In this document: positions 62,830 through 64,000 of the stretch, in pieces
Numbering within the stretch: position 1 is the stretch's first letter
How the letters are laid out: each line of letters opens with the position of its first letter
Assembly: GCA_964519305.1 (NCBI GenBank)
Contig: CAZFHY010000019.1
Location: 7,351 to 71,350, forward strand
Source: Candidatus Undinarchaeota archaeon
GTDB taxonomy: Archaea > SpSt-1190 > JASMDC01
Direction: 5' to 3'
Length of the DNA: 64,000 nt
The notes under the pieces: model-generated
Told to the model about the DNA's origin: nothing
Seen by the model: only the letters and a program-made list of their open reading frames with translations
The model's database searches: none
Made by a program: the position numbers and the translations under genes

Positions 62830-63141
62830 CTAGCCCTTTCCCCCCTTTCCCTTCTTCTTCTTCTTCTTCCCCCCTTTCTTCAGCAGCTCCTCTACCCGCT
62901 TCTTGGTACCTTCGTTAAGGGTAGCTGGCTTGATGAGCTCCTCAGCAGGCTTTACCTCGAAGGGTGACTTAGGTTTAGTACCGTACTTCTTGAGGAAGTC
63001 AGCGATGCTCACGGTTATGTCCTGAGCGCATACCTCGCACAACTTCGCTATCCTGTTATCGTGAGCGATGATGCGCACCTGCTTCCGCTTCTTGCATACA
63101 GAGCAAATGCCTTCCTCGAATTGGAGGGATATCCCGGCCAT
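62830..63141 (-). CDS. Small zinc-ribbon protein with a poly-Lys C-terminal tail
   Basis: CSVCKK-x18-CEVC. Tail KKGGKKKKKKGKGGKG. Confidence 0.5.
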   Translation of the reverse strand: MAGISLQFEEGICSVCKKRKQVRIIAHDNRIAKLCEVCAQDITVSIADFLKKYGTKPKSPFEVKPAEELIKPATLNEGTKKRVEELLKKGGKKKKKKGKGGKG

Positions 63142-63199
63142 AGTAACTCACCGCCTTCAGTGAAAAGCTTAAGTGTTTATCAGCCGGTCCCGTTCATCA

Positions 63200-63730
63200 A
63201 TGGGCGCAGGCTTTATCGAGGTGTCACTCAAGCCCAAGAGCGAGAGCCGGTTCTTCCAGGACTTCCGGTCACGTGTTAAGAACCTATTCTTCGTTGCGGG
63301 AAAGTACGACCTGTTCGTGGAGGTGAACATCCGGGACATGTCAGAGCTCCTCGACTTCCTTCATGAGGTCCAGCATCAGGAGTACGTGATACGTTCACGA
63401 GTGTCCTTGGTGCTCAAGGTGCTCAAGGATGAGGAACAGATCCTCCAGGACCTTTCCGAGGAGGAGAAGGACGGTCAGTTCAACGACTCGATCCACGCGT
63501 TCATCGGTATCCATTCAAAGGACGGTGGTGCGGCCGAGACCGTCAAGGACCTTCCCGGCATCAAGCGCTTATTCACCATCCGCGGCCATCATGAGATGCT
63601 CGCCTACCTCAAGTGCGCGAACATGTCGGACGTGCTGCATAACCTAATGGAGATACGTACCAAGCACGCGGTTCGCGATACGCAGACGTATTTCATACTT
63701 CGAGCAGAGCGGGCACCGCAATTCGTCTAG
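63200..63730 (+). CDS. Tandem RAM (Lrp/AsnC ligand-binding-like) domain protein without an HTH
   Basis: Two ~80-aa beta-alpha-beta-beta-alpha-beta units (GKYDLFVEVNIRD...; ...RGHHEMLAYLKCAN...). Start at MGAGFIEV. Confidence 0.4.
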   Translation: MGAGFIEVSLKPKSESRFFQDFRSRVKNLFFVAGKYDLFVEVNIRDMSELLDFLHEVQHQEYVIRSRVSLVLKVLKDEEQILQDLSEEEKDGQFNDSIHAFIGIHSKDGGAAETVKDLPGIKRLFTIRGHHEMLAYLKCANMSDVLHNLMEIRTKHAVRDTQTYFILRAERAPQFV

Positions 63731-63739
63731 TCGGACCGC

Positions 63740-63964
63740 TCACCGGCGGTACATGACCGTGTATGTGAATTCTGCCTTGCCACGGTTTGGGACATGAACT
63801 GAGAACTCTACTGATGTCGGCTTCTTATCGTAGGATGCGTCCGATGTGACCACGGACCAGTCGCCGCTGTGGTGCTCCACGACGCTCACTTCGACCTCAG
63901 TGTGCTTCTGGTTTGTGAACTTGATACGATAGCTCTCGCGGTAAGCAGTGTCGGTGAGGTTCAT
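63740..63964 (-). CDS. C-terminal part of a hypothetical protein (may extend beyond the window)
   Basis: The ORF runs to near the window edge. Beta-rich sequence. No family recognised. Confidence 0.3.
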   Translation of the reverse strand: MNLTDTAYRESYRIKFTNQKHTEVEVSVVEHHSGDWSVVTSDASYDKKPTSVEFSVHVPNRGKAEFTYTVMYRR

Positions 63965-64000
63965 GTGCTCCAGAACAGTGCGCTCAACTCTGATATCGGG

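Noticed and set aside
1-64000. Searched for integrases, transposases, toxin-antitoxin pairs, restriction-modification, CRISPR-Cas, reverse transcriptases, phage structural genes and rRNA
   Set aside because: No ORF showed recognisable catalytic motifs of these classes. The only RNA gene I could support is tRNA-Trp.

Overview
The window is a dense, GC-rich (~60%) chromosomal segment that looks archaeal. Evidence for that: a tRNA-Trp carrying an anticodon-loop intron at the canonical 37/38 position, AT-rich TATA-type promoters with short leaders, Pus10, a ZPR1-like protein, and GatCAB. The gene content fits an anaerobe: rubrerythrin, desulfoferrodoxin, flavodiiron protein, rubredoxin. I could not run a taxonomic assignment; a Thermoplasmata- or Methanomassiliicoccales-like euryarchaeon is only a guess. 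No CRISPR array, transposase, integrase or rRNA is visible.

Contents from start to end:
(1) 68..8076: two large secreted or membrane proteins, a convergent NOX/ferric-reductase-type flavocytochrome, and a GNAT / PNPOx-like / Trp-rich operon.
(2) 8134..17660: an EamA transporter, an ICMT-family methyltransferase and a pair of tandem small membrane paralogs. Then comes an FtsX/MacB-type ABC system with THREE tandem permease paralogs, a CARDB-like multi-domain membrane-anchored protein and an ATPase, flanked by two paralogous GbsR/COG1510-like winged-helix regulators.
(3) 17851..22115: a 1227-aa secreted coiled-coil protein with a C-terminal N-glycosylation sequon cluster, plus a small CARDB-like partner.
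(4) 23968..31763: an ~8 kb bidirectional oxidative-stress and Fe-S island centred on a Fur/PerR-like regulator. It holds rubrerythrin, desulfoferrodoxin, IscU, an IscS homolog that LACKS the PLP lysine, DsrE-like, PerR, a flavodiiron protein, glutaredoxin, thioredoxin reductase, ferritin, hemerythrin, rubredoxin and TusA. A 7-1-7 palindrome sits in the divergent promoter.
(5) 32736..34648: a GT4 glycosyltransferase preceded by a standalone paralogous GT4 N-domain.
(6) 34749..40613: a giant 1954-aa secreted protein with three CWB2-like repeats, roughly 7 or more degenerate ~100-aa helical repeats, and a C-terminal tandem Cys-rich CGDGxC...DCGCP module.
(7) 40746..63964: Pus10; an acidic repeat protein; two membrane-tethered wHTH regulators; an AN1-zinc-finger/rhomboid fusion; an ABC-2 transporter whose first permease carries an extra C-terminal polytopic domain; a YbjQ-family protein; GatCAB; a cysteine synthase; an acyl-CoA synthetase; a Zn-lid adenylate kinase; a CARDB-like surface protein; and small hypothetical proteins.

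The six-frame track contains many long antisense ORFs. These are GC-content artefacts and are not called.
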